A DNA stretch of 62,703 nucleotides, counting the filler, from Nemertoderma westbladi (lineage: Eukaryota; Animalia; Xenacoelomorpha): NCBI GenBank assembly GCA_032718475.1. It is 3 parts of 3 records of this genome, joined end to end, with 100 filler letters (N's around TTAATTAATTAA, not from the genome) between each part and the next. Parts side by side here need not be neighbours in the genome. Positions count along the whole stretch, not along the records: positions 26,193 to 57,555 come from JAUCBJ010000258.1; 2 more parts are not named here. One strand, written 5' to 3'. A program made the position numbers and the translations under genes. Positions 39,246 to 50,900 of this stretch are shown here, piece after piece. Position 1 is the first letter of the stretch. Each line of letters begins with the position of its first letter. A model generated the notes under the pieces. That model searched no databases and was not told where the DNA came from. It saw only the letters and a program-made list of their open reading frames with translations.

Positions 39246-42112
39246 TTAGATGTGTTTAGGTGGTTCGTTATCTTCTCTCTTGTGCTCGTAACTACGGACG
39301 AAATATACTTTTAAATAATAAGTGAATTGTTTTAATTTTTAATGAATTTAGATATACTTTTTCGGAAATTTTCGAAATTTTCTTGAAAAACACATTTCAG
39401 AAAATCTCACATCCCTATATATTAGACTTGGAAATTAGAAATTTGAAGCATGTTCCGGTTTATATCAGTATAAAAACATCTGATCCAAAAATGCAAGAAT
39501 TGAAAGTGAAAAAAACATACTTTCATAAGCTACAAAAATATTTACTGTTTTTCAGAAAAAAATCCAAAATAATGGCAGGACGACCTCGGCAACATTAATA
39601 ACTTAGTGGTAATATACTGATAGAATTTTATTAAAAGTTATAATTTTAAGATTAATTGTAACCATTATTATAATAAATAAATATATTGATGTCGTTCAAG
39701 GGTACATTTCAAAATATTCAACGAAACATTAACAACACATAAAAGCAAAATATTCAACGAAACATTAACAACACATAAAAGCAAAATATTCAACGAAACA
39801 TTAACAACACATAAAAGCAAAATATTCAACGAAACATTAACAACACATAAAAGCAAAATATTCAACGAAACATTAACAACACATAAAAGCAAAATATTCA
39901 ACGAAACATTAACAACACATAAAAGCAAAATATTCAACGAAACATTAACAACACATAAAAGCAAAATATTCAACGAAACATTAACAACACATAAAAGCAA
40001 AATATTCAACGAAACATTAACAACACATAAAAGCAAAATATTCAACGAAACATTAACAACACATAAAAGCAAAATATTCAACGAAACATTAACAACACAT
40101 AAAAGCAAAATATTCAACGAAACATTAACAACACATAAAAGCAAAATATTCAACGAAACATTAACAACACATAAAAGCAAAATATTCAACGAAACATTAA
40201 CAACACATAAAAGCAAAATATTTTCATAATGTGCGTACCTTGGAACGTTCCTAGGACAAACACTTAGATGTTTGGAGTGGAACGTTCCTAGAACAAACAC
40301 TTAGATGTTTGGAGTGGAACGTTCCTAGAACAAACACTTAGATGTTTGGAGTGGAACGTTCCTAGTACAAACACTTAGATGTTTGGAGTGGAACGTTCCT
40401 AGTACAAACACTTAGATGTTTGGAGTGGAACGTTCCTAGTACAAACACTTAGATGTTTGGAGTGGAACGTTCCTAGAACAAACACTTCGATGTTTGGAGT
40501 GGAACGTTCCTAGAACAAACACTTAGATGTTTGGAGTGGAACGTTCCTAGTACAAACACTTAGATGTTTGGAGTGGAACGTTCCTAGTACAAACACTTAG
40601 ATGTTTGGAGTGGAACGTTCCTAGTACAAACACTTAGATGTTTGGAGTGGAACGTTCCTAGAACAAACACTTCGATGTTTGGAGTGGAACGTTCCTAGAA
40701 CAAACACTTAGATGTTTGGAGTGGAACGTTCCTAGTACAAACACTTAGATGTTTGGAGTGGAACGTTCCTAGTACAAACACTTAGATGTTTGGAGTGGAA
40801 CGTTCCTAGTACAAACACTTAGATGTTTGGAGTGGAACGTTCCTATAACAAACACTTCGATGTTTGGAGTGGAACGTTCCTAGAACAAACACTTAGATGT
40901 TTGGAGTGGAACGTTCCTAGTACAAACACTTAGATGTTTGGAGTGGAACGTTCCTAGTACAAACACTTCGATGTTTGGATTGGAACGTTCCTAGAACAAA
41001 CACTTAGATGTTTGGAGTGGAACGTTCCTAGTACAAACACTTAGATGTTTGGAGTGGAACGTTCCTAGTACAAACACTTAGATGTTTGGAGTGGAACGTT
41101 CCTAGAACAAACACTTCGATGTTTGGAGTGGAACGTTCCTAGAACAAACACTTAGATGTTTGGAGTGGAACGTTCCTAGTACAAACACTTAGATGTTTGG
41201 AGTGGAACGTTCCTAGTACAAACACTTAGATGTTTGGAGTGGAACGTTCCTAGTACAAACACTTAGATGTTTGGAGTGGAACGTTCCTAGAACAAACACT
41301 TCGATGTTTGGAGTGGAACGTTCCTAGAACAAACACTTAGATGTTTGGAGTGGAACGTTCCTAGTACAAACACTTAGATGTTTGGAGTGGAACGTTCCTA
41401 GTACAAACACTTCGATGTTTGGAGTGGAACGTTCCTAGAACAAACACTTAGATGTTTGGAGTGGAACGTTCCTAGTACAAACACTTAGATGTTTGGAGTG
41501 GAACGTTCCTAGAACAAACACTTAGATGTTTGGAGTGGAACGTTCCTAGCTAATTACGTTTATGACCCTTGTACAGTATAGCTATGTAAACCTCCATCGC
41601 TTCACTTGCTCTGTAAATAAATACACAGCGTCGTATCGCTGAAAAGTTCTACCCTTTACACATTTATGTAAATAGTAATTTTTTGTTGTACATATAAATA
41701 TTATTTTATTATAATATCTTGTTGCCTACATAATTTATAAGCCCAATATGTAGGTGGTGTATAAAATACCTATATTTTTGGGGTGAGTAAAAATCAAAAT
41801 GAGTGAGTACCAGTTAAATTACTGGGAGCAAATCTTGGGATAGGAGTAGCGCCCACCCCTACCCTCGGGTAGCAGCTATCGAAAGAGGAGCCTTCGGGTC
41901 GCCTCCGGCTTCGGCCGACTGTTTGCTTGCTTTGAAAAAACCCAAGACCCAATTAAGTAAGCTGCATAATCTTGTAAACATTTGTTAACTTTCGTTTATT
42001 GTTTTGATTCCCCCAACACGCCTCTGTAACCTGCTCCTTAACTAACGATCTATCTATCACCCTCAATGAATATATTAACTACAGTAGTATTACAATATCC
42101 AACCCCCCCCCC

Positions 42113-42145
<33 letters not shown>

Positions 42146-43252
42146 AGCTGCATTGGGAATCTGTTTTATGCTGGTAGAGTAATACAGAAAAGGTTGGGAA
42201 GTGACCGAGCTGCTGTACTAATTTGGAAATCTTCCGATTACTTACTGTAAGAAAATCGTGTATGTTTGTTTGTCGGTCTGTCTGTTTGTCACACGAAAGG
42301 CTCCGAAACTATCCGGTCAATTGTTTTTAGTACCCTCCTGTAGTGTATGGTCTGTATGGGAGTATAAAGCAATTTTCAGCGTTTTTGCAAAAAATGACAT
42401 AAGCGAAAAGTGCCATAGACGCAATGGTAAAATAACACCAATAACAGCTGGTGTTCATGATGAAAAATGGCTTATGTAATGGATTTCTACACAGGCTCAG
42501 TATAAATCGATGAGGTTGCCAAGATTATTGTAAACTGTAAACTGTCCTAAACTCCATTGGTGTCATTAGAATCATGAGAGGGAAACGTAGGTTTAGATAA
42601 TTGGATCATTGTCGGGCCTAAAGGAACAAAGTGATTTAAAAAGTTAAATATTAGTATATTAATTAATTAATAGAAGTGTTCTGAAGATTGAAGATTTACA
42701 TCCCGCGTGCTTACACGCCGCTAAATTATTACAATGGCTAAAACATTTGGAGGTGTTTCCGGTATTGTTGCCATGGAGATTGTGGGTGGTGCCCCTCTAG
42801 TATTTATTTTATTGATTCATATTTTCCATTGTGTAGAAAAGCGTCGGTATACCGTCCCGAAGGTCGTGCCTGGGTGTTAGCGTGACGTCCGCCCTTCCAG
42901 TCAGTAACTACGTCTGTAGGACATAAACTCTTACAGTATCACTCTGTATAACAACAATATATTCTGTAGGTTAGGTTTTTAAATTTCCCTCCGAATACTA
43001 CTTTATAATACTGTCTAAACTGTTACAGTGATATACAGTGCGGATCATGACTTGATTGTCCAAACGCATTTCTTTATCATATTTAAAGGGCTGTGATTGG
43101 ATGATTTATTATGTATCTGCAAATGCTGCATGTTATACATTACTGGTTACTGTACCAGGGGAGTGAGACCTCAGAGTGCTTTCGATGCTTCTAGTAAAGC
43201 CGACTGTTAGTGTTGGAAGGACTTCTGCTTTGTCAGGAATGTCAGAAGCCAT
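39246..43252 (-). CDS. Predicted 4-exon small protein, 71 aa: exons 43252-43156, 42913-42853, 40250-40239 (12-nt microexon), 39291-39246
   Basis: All introns GT-AG with matching phases (1,2,2): G|gtacag..ctacag|, CG|gtatac..cctag|, AG|gtacgc..cgtag|. Product MASDIPDKAEVLPTLTVGFTRSIESTLRSHSPDVVTDWKGGRHANTQARPSGRNVPSYEHKREDNEPPKHI*. No homology recognised; not in the ORF track. Confidence 0.55.
39710..40222. repeat. 36-bp near-perfect tandem array, about 14 copies
   Basis: gcaaaatattcaacgaaacattaacaacacataaaa repeated; starts about 16 nt into the intron after the microexon donor. Confidence 0.95.
40242..41549. repeat. 37-bp tandem array, about 35 copies, made of a 3' splice site plus 9 nt of the microexon
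   Basis: Minus-strand unit actccaaacatctaagtgtttgt(t/a)ctag|gaacgttcc; only the last copy continues aag|gtacgc. Confidence 0.95.
41828..41932 (+). mobile_element. Possible SINE 3' segment
   Basis: ggagtagcgcccacccctaccctcgggtagcagctatcgaaagaggagccttcgggtcgcc resembles, from memory only, a widespread invertebrate SINE tail; needs a Dfam/Repbase check. Confidence 0.35.
42767..42780. promoter_or_regulatory. Candidate RFX X-box
   Basis: GTTGCCATGGAGAT is close to the canonical GTTGCCATGGNAAC; lies in intron 2 of the predicted 71-aa gene. Confidence 0.35.
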
Positions 43253-43425
43253 CCGATTAGCGCGTCACGAAATATGTCAAGAAATAATATAGTTTTTTTG
43301 GTGGGACAATTATACAAGTGAATATGGTAGTAATATAACACACACGCCCCCCCCCCCCCCCATTCTATAACACACACGCCCCCCCCCCCCCCATTCTATA
43401 GTGTAGTACTGTATGTTACTATGCA

Positions 43426-43438
43426 CCGCTAGATGGCA
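43426..43438. promoter_or_regulatory. Candidate CTCF site
   Basis: CCGCTAGATGGCA resembles the CTCF core CCASYAGRKGGCR; lies in the short gap between two same-strand genes. Confidence 0.3.
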
Positions 43439-43712
43439 TCTCAATATAACTAAAAAAAGTAAAAATTTTGCGGTGAGGAACAGCAGACAGCAGGTGAGGT
43501 CACAATAGCAGAACGATCTTTGACGGCCTCATGGTAAAAGTAAACGTGGTCGACAACCATTTATTCCAACAGAAACAAACATGAATTTTATGTATTTAAA
43601 TAAATAATTATTATATTAGAGAGTATTCTGTATAGTAGGCATTAATAGGAAAATAATAATGGACTTACTGTAGGCTGTAAATCTGAAAGTTATTGAAAAT
43701 CCTTCTAATTAG

Positions 43713-44919
43713 TTATTTGTTTCTAGTAATTAACTCGCTGACAGTTAACATGCGGTAACCTTCCCATTGAGCCTGCTCTATCAACTGTGTCTGCAGTTCT
43801 TCATCCGTCATGTAGGATGTTACTTGGGTACGTAGCTTCTCCATGACAACCAAGTTAGTGCAGCTGATGAAGAACTTTTTGGATATGAGTATGCACTCGC
43901 AACCTTTAGATACTAGACTCACACCTTGTATCGGTTGTTCTGAATATACTGCCGCATATAAACCGAACACATCTTTAGCTTGGAGAAGTTGTATTTCCAC
44001 CCATCTATCTTGTAACTCCCGCCCATCTGTTCCGTTTATTAACTTTCCTGTCCCACTGATCAATGACGAGCGTTTACCTATCGTATCAAACCAACGTTCT
44101 GATAGCCAATCGGATTTCATTTGTAAGAATTTCTCATGGGACGAAGCCTGATTGGTCAGCTGACTGCGTTGATTCCAGTTATTAACTCTCTTGTTATATG
44201 TCGCTTTCATTCTAGAATATTCATCAGTAGATGACGCATTATCTTGTGGATTTCTAGTGATTGGAAATCTATTTCACAAAATATCCTTTATTTCACCAGC
44301 TAATCGAATATTTTGATTTAATTTATATATTTTTTAGGTTGGTAATTTTAGACCAGTAATTTAAATACATTTTTCTTCCTCCATTCTGTGATGGTTGATA
44401 CATTGCATTATCATTCTCATGTATAACACATAACTTTAAATTTAGTAATTAAGTATTTTGAATTTTTATTAACATCATAAATAAACAACATTATTTTTCC
44501 AAGAAAAGGTTATTTTGTGAACTGATTTCGCAACTTTTTATTGCTATATATATTTTTCCAATTATTATTTACCCAGAAACCGCCATCGAATTGTCTGAAA
44601 CTCGGTTTTGTGAGTCGGATCTTCCGGTAGGCGACGCAGCTTCCAAGGCGAACGATATAAATATAATCGGCTTTACGAACGTCGGCACAGATAACCGTTC
44701 CATTCCGGAAGTACGTGTACAGACAAACATTTGGGTCGCGCCAGGGTAGTTGGTCTATTGGCCAGCCACGTAACGCCTCCACCGTGCGAAGAAAGGTAAT
44801 GAATTCCGGTTCCTGTCCCTCCAGATACGGCGGCATGAATATCTCGATGAAGTCTTCTCGCGGAAGGCACAGCAGTTCTAGTTCGTTATGGGAAACTACA
44901 GTGGCAGATCGGACACCAC
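43713..44919 (-). CDS. 3' part of a cyclic-nucleotide-binding-domain protein (CNBD2-like); exons 44919-44573, 44385-44369 (17 nt), 44268-43713
   Basis: GVRSATVVS..ELLCLPREDF is the end of a cNMP phosphate-binding cassette and hinge. A second degenerate CNB region follows (NGTVIC..YIYIVRLGSC ... DVFG..VSLVSKGCECILISKKFF). GT-AG phases 0 and 2 reconcile through a 17-nt exon. 5' exons are absent (array and gap). Confidence 0.75.
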
Positions 44920-47900
44920 CTAAAAATAACAAAACTACAGTGGCAGATCGGACACCACCTAAAAATAACAAAACTACAGTGGCAGATCGGACACCACATA
45001 AAAATAACAAAGCTACAGTGGCAGATCGGGCACCACCTAAAAATAACAAAACTACAGTGGCAGATTGGACACCACCTAAAAATAACAAAACTACAGTGGC
45101 AGATCGGACACCACCTAAAAATAACAAAACTACAGTGGCAGATCGGAGACCACATAAAAATAACAAAGCTACAGTGGCAGATCGGGCACCACATAAAAAT
45201 AACAAAACTACAGTGGCAGATCGGACACCACCTAAAAATAACAAAACTACAGTGGCAGATCGGACGCCACCTAAAAATAACAAAACTACAGTGGCAGATC
45301 GGACACCACCTAAAAATAACAAAACTACAGTGGCAGATCGGACACCACCTAAAAATAACAAAACTACAGTGGCAGATCGGACACCATCTAAAAATAACAA
45401 AACTACAGTGGCAGATCGGACACCACATAAAAATAACAAAGCTACAGTGGCAGATCGGGCACCACATAAAAATAACAAAACTACAGTGGCAGATCGGACA
45501 CCACCTAAAAATAACAAAACTACAGTGGCAGATTGGACACCACCTAAAAATAACAAAACTACAGTGGCAGATCGGACACCACCTAAAAATAACAAAACTA
45601 CAGTGGCAGATTGGACACCACCTAAAAATAACAAAACTACAGTGGCAGATCGGACACCACCTAAAAATAACAAAACTACAGTGGCAGATCCTAAAAATAA
45701 CAAAACTATAGTGGCAGATTGCACACCACCTAAAAATAACAAAACTACAGTGGCCGATCAGGCACCACATAAAAATAACAAAACTACAGTGGCAGATCGG
45801 ACACCACATAAAAATAACAAAACTACAGTGGCAGATCGGACACCACCTAAAAATAACAAAAACTACAGTGGCAGATCGGGCACCACATAAAGATAACAAA
45901 ACTACAGTGGCAGATCGGACACCACCTAAAAATAACAAAACTACAGTGGCAGATCAGACGCCACTTAAAAATAAAAACTACAGTGGCAGATCGGACACCA
46001 CCTAAAAATAACAAAACTACAGTGGCAGATCAGACGCCACTTAAAAATAAAAACTACAGTGGCAGATCGGACACCACCTAAAAATAACAAAACTACAGTG
46101 GCAGATCGGACACCACCTAAAAATAACAAAAATACAGTGGCAGATCGGACACCACCTAAAAATAACAAAACTACAGTGGCAGATCGGACACCACCTAAAA
46201 ATAACAAAACTACAGTGGCAGATCGGACACCACATAAAAATAACAAAACTACAGTAGCAGATCGGACACCACCTAAAAATAACAAAACTACAGTGGCAGA
46301 TCAGACGCCACTTAAAAATAAAAACTACAGTGGCAGATCGGACACCACCTAAAAATAACAAAACTACAGTGGCAGATCGGACACCACCTAAAAATAACAA
46401 AAATACAGTGGCAGATCGGACACCACCTAAAAATAACAAAACTACAGTGGCAGATCGGACACCACCTAAAAATAACAAAACTACAGTGGCAGATCGGACA
46501 CCACCTAAAAATAACAAAACTACAGTGGCAGATTGGACACCACCTAAAAATAACAAAACTACAGTGGCAGATTGGACACCACCTAAAAATAACAAAACTA
46601 CAGTGGCAGATCGGACACCACCTAAAAATAACACAACTACAGTGGCAGATCGGACACCACCTAAAAATAACAAAAATACAGTGGCAGATCGGACACCACC
46701 TAAAAATAACAAAACTACAGTGGCAGATCGGACACCACCTAAAAATAACAAAACTACAGTGGCAGATTGGACACCACCTAAAAATAACAAAAATACAGTG
46801 GCAGATCGGACACCACCTAAAAATAACAAAACTACAGTGGCAGATCGGACACCACCTAAAAATAACAAAACTACAGTGGCAGATCGGACACCACCTAAAA
46901 ATAACAAAACTACAGTGGCAGATTGGACACCACCTAAAAATAACAAAACTACAGTGGCAGATCGAGCACCACATAAATATAAGAAAACTACAGTGGCAGA
47001 TCGGACACTACCTAAATATAACAAAACTACGGTGGCAGATCGGACACCACCTAAAAATAACAAAACTACGGAGGCAGATCGGACGCCACCTAAAAATAAC
47101 AAAACCACAGTGGCAGATCGGACACCACATAAAAATAACAAAGCTACAGTGGCAGATCGGACAATACCTAAAAATAACAAAACTACGGTGTCAGATCGGA
47201 CGCCACCTAAAAATAACAAAACTACAGTGGCAGATTGGACACCACCTAAAAATAACAAAAATACAGTGGCAGATCGGACACCACCTAAAAATAACAAAAC
47301 TACAGTGGCAGATCGGACACCACCTAAAAATAACAAAACTACAGTGGCAGATCGGGCACCACATAAAGATAACAAAACTACAGTGGCAGATCGGACACCA
47401 CCTAAAAATAACAAAACTACAGTGGCAGATCGGACGCAACCTAAAAATAACAAAAATACAGTGGCAGATCGGACACCACCTAAAAATAACAAAACTACAG
47501 TGGCAGATCGGACACCACCTAAAAATAATAAAACTACAGTGTCAGATCGGACACCACCTAAAAATTACCAAACTACAGTGTCAGATCGGACACCACCTAA
47601 AAATAACAAAACTACAGTGGCAGATCGGACGCCACCTAAAGATAAAAAACTACAGTGGCAGATCGGACACCACCTAAAAATAACAAAACTACAGTGGCAG
47701 ATCGGACACCACCTAAAAATAACAAAACTACAGTGGCAGATTGGACACCACCTAAAAATAACAAAAATACAGTGGCAGATCGGACACCACCTAAAAATAA
47801 CAAAACTACAGTGGCAGATCGGACACCACCTAAAAATAACAAAACTACAGTGGCAGATCGGACACCACCTAAAAATAACAAAACTACAGTGGCAGATTGG

Positions 47901-50900
47901 ACACCACCTAAAAATAACAAAACTACAGTGGCAGATCGGGCACCACATAAATATAAGAAAACTACAGTGGCAGATCGGACACTACCTAAATATAACAAAA
48001 CTACGGTGGCAGATCGGACACCACCTAAAAATAACAAAACTACGGTGGCAGATCGGACGCCACCTAAAAATAACAAAACTACAGTGGCAGATCGGACACC
48101 ACATAAAAATAACAAAGCTACAGTGGCAGATCGGACAATACCTAAAAATAACAAAACTACGGTGGCAGATCGGACGCCACCTAAAAATAACAAAACTACA
48201 GTGGCAGATTGGACACCACCTAAAAATAACAAAAATACAGTGGCAGATCGGACACCACCTAAAAATAACAAAACTACAGTGGCAGATCGGACACCACCTA
48301 AAAATAACAAAACTACAGTGGTAGATCGGACACCACCTAAAAATAACAAAACTACAGTGGCAGATCGGACGCCACCTAAAAATAACAAAAATACAGTGGC
48401 AGATCGGACACCACCTAAAAATAACAAAACTACAGTGGCAGATCGGACACCACCTAAAAATAATAAAACTACAGTGTCAGATCGGACACCACCTAAAAAT
48501 TACCAAACTACAGTGTCAGATCGGACACCACCTAAAAATAACAAAACTACAGTGGCAGATCGGACACCACCTAAAGATAAAAAACTACAGTGGCAGATCG
48601 GACACCACCTAAAAATAACAAAACTATAGTGGCAGATTGGACACCACCTAAAAATAACCAAACTACAGTGTCAGATCGGACACCATCCAGAAATAACAAA
48701 ACTACAGTGGCAGATCGGACACCACCTAAAAATAACAAAACTACAGTGGCAGATTGGACACCACCTAAATATAACAAAACTACAGTGTCAGATCGGACAC
48801 CATCCAGAAATAACAAAACTACAGCGGCAGATCGGACACCACCTAAAAATAACAAAACTACAGTGGCAGATTGGACACCACCTAAATATAACAAAACTAC
48901 GGTGGCAGATCGGACACTACCTAAAAATAACAAAACTACAGTGGCAGATCGGACGCCACCTAAAAATAACAAAACTACAGTGGCAGATTGGACACCACCT
49001 AAAAATAACAAAACTACAGTGGCAGATTGGACACCACCTAAATATAACAAAACTACAGTGGCAGATCGGACACTACCTAAAAATAACAAAACTACAGTGG
49101 CAGATCGGACGCCACCTAAAAATAACAAAAATACAGTGGCAGATCGGACACCACCTAAAAATAACAAAACTACAGTGGCAGATCGGACACCACCTAAAAA
49201 TAATAAAACTACAGTGTCAGATCGGACACCACCTAAAAATTACCAAACTACAGTGTCAGATCGGACACCACCTAAAAATAACAAAACTACAGTGGCAGAT
49301 CGGACGCCACCTAAAGATAAAAAACTACAGTGGCAGATCGGACACCACCTAAAAATAACAAAACTATAGTGGCAGATTGGACACCACCTAAAAATAACCA
49401 AACTACAGTGTCAGATCGGACACCATCCAGAAATAACAAAACTACAGTGGCAGATCGGACACCACCTAAAAATAACAAAACTACAGTGGCAGATCGGACG
49501 CCACCTAAAAATAAAAAACTACAGTGGCAGATCGGACACCACCTAAAAATAACAAAACTACAGTGGCAGATCGGGCGCCACCTTAAGATAAAAAACTGCA
49601 GTGGCAGATCGGACACCACCTAAAAATAACAAAACTATAGTGGCAGATTGGACACCACCTAAAAATAACAAACCTATAGTGGCAGATCGGACACCACCTA
49701 AAAATAACAAAACTACAGTGGCAGATCGGACACCACCTAAAAATAACAAAACTACAGTGGCAGATCGGGCACCACATAAAGATAACAAAACTACAGTGGC
49801 AGATCGGACACCACCTAAAAATAACAAAACTACAGTGGCAGATCGGACACCACCTAAAAATAACAAAACTACAGTGGCATATCGGACACCACCTAAAAAT
49901 AACAAAACTACAGTGGCAGATTGGACACCACCTAAAAATAACAAAACTACAGTGGCAGATTGGACACCACCTAAAAATAACAAAACTACAGTGGCAGATC
50001 GGACACCACCTAAAAATAACAAAACTACAGTGGCAGATCGGACACCACCTAAAAATAACAAAAATACAGTGGCAGATTGGACACCACCTAAAAATAACAA
50101 AACTACAGTGGCAGATCGGACACCACCTAAAAATAACAAAACTACAGTGGCAGATTGGACACCACCTAAAAATAACAAAAATACAGTGGCAGATCGGACA
50201 CCACCTAAAAATAACAAAACTACAATGGCAGATCGGACACCACCTAAAAATAACAAAACTACAGTGGCAGATCGGACACCACCTAAAAATAACAAAACTA
50301 CAGTGGCAGATTGGACACCACCTAAAAATAACAAAACTACAGTGGCAGATCGGGCACCACATAAATATAAGAAAACTACAGTGGCAGATCGGACACTACC
50401 TAAATATAACAAAACTACGGTGGCAGATCGGACACCACCTAAAAATAACAAAACTACGGTGGCAGATCGGACGCCACCTAAAAATAACAAAACTACAGTG
50501 GCAGATCGGACACCACATAAAAATAACAAAGCTACAGTGGCAGATCGGACAATACCTAAAAATAACAAAACTACGGTGGCCGATCGGACGCCACCTAAAA
50601 ATAACAAAACTACAGTGGCAGATTGGACACCACCTAAAAATAACAAAAATACAGTGGCAGATCGGACACCACCTAAAAATAACAAAACTACAGTGGCAGA
50701 TCGGACACCACCTAAAAATAACAAAACTACAGTGGCAGATCGGGCACCACATAAAGATAACAAAACTACAGTGGCAGATCGGACACCACCTAAAAATAAC
50801 AAAACTACAGTGGCAGATCGGACGCCACCTAAAAATAACAAAAATACAGTGGCAGATCGGACACCACCTAAAAATAACAAAACTACAGTGGCAGATCGGA

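Noticed and set aside
38086-41549. CRISPR-like appearance of 36-40-bp repeats
   Set aside because: Repeats are head-to-tail with no unique spacers, there are no cas genes, and the context is eukaryotic.
44896-44940. 19-nt GT..AG mini-intron (gtagttttgttatttttag) within each 39-bp unit
   Set aside because: All other introns here are 81 nt or longer, and removal would leave 20-nt frame-shifting exons.
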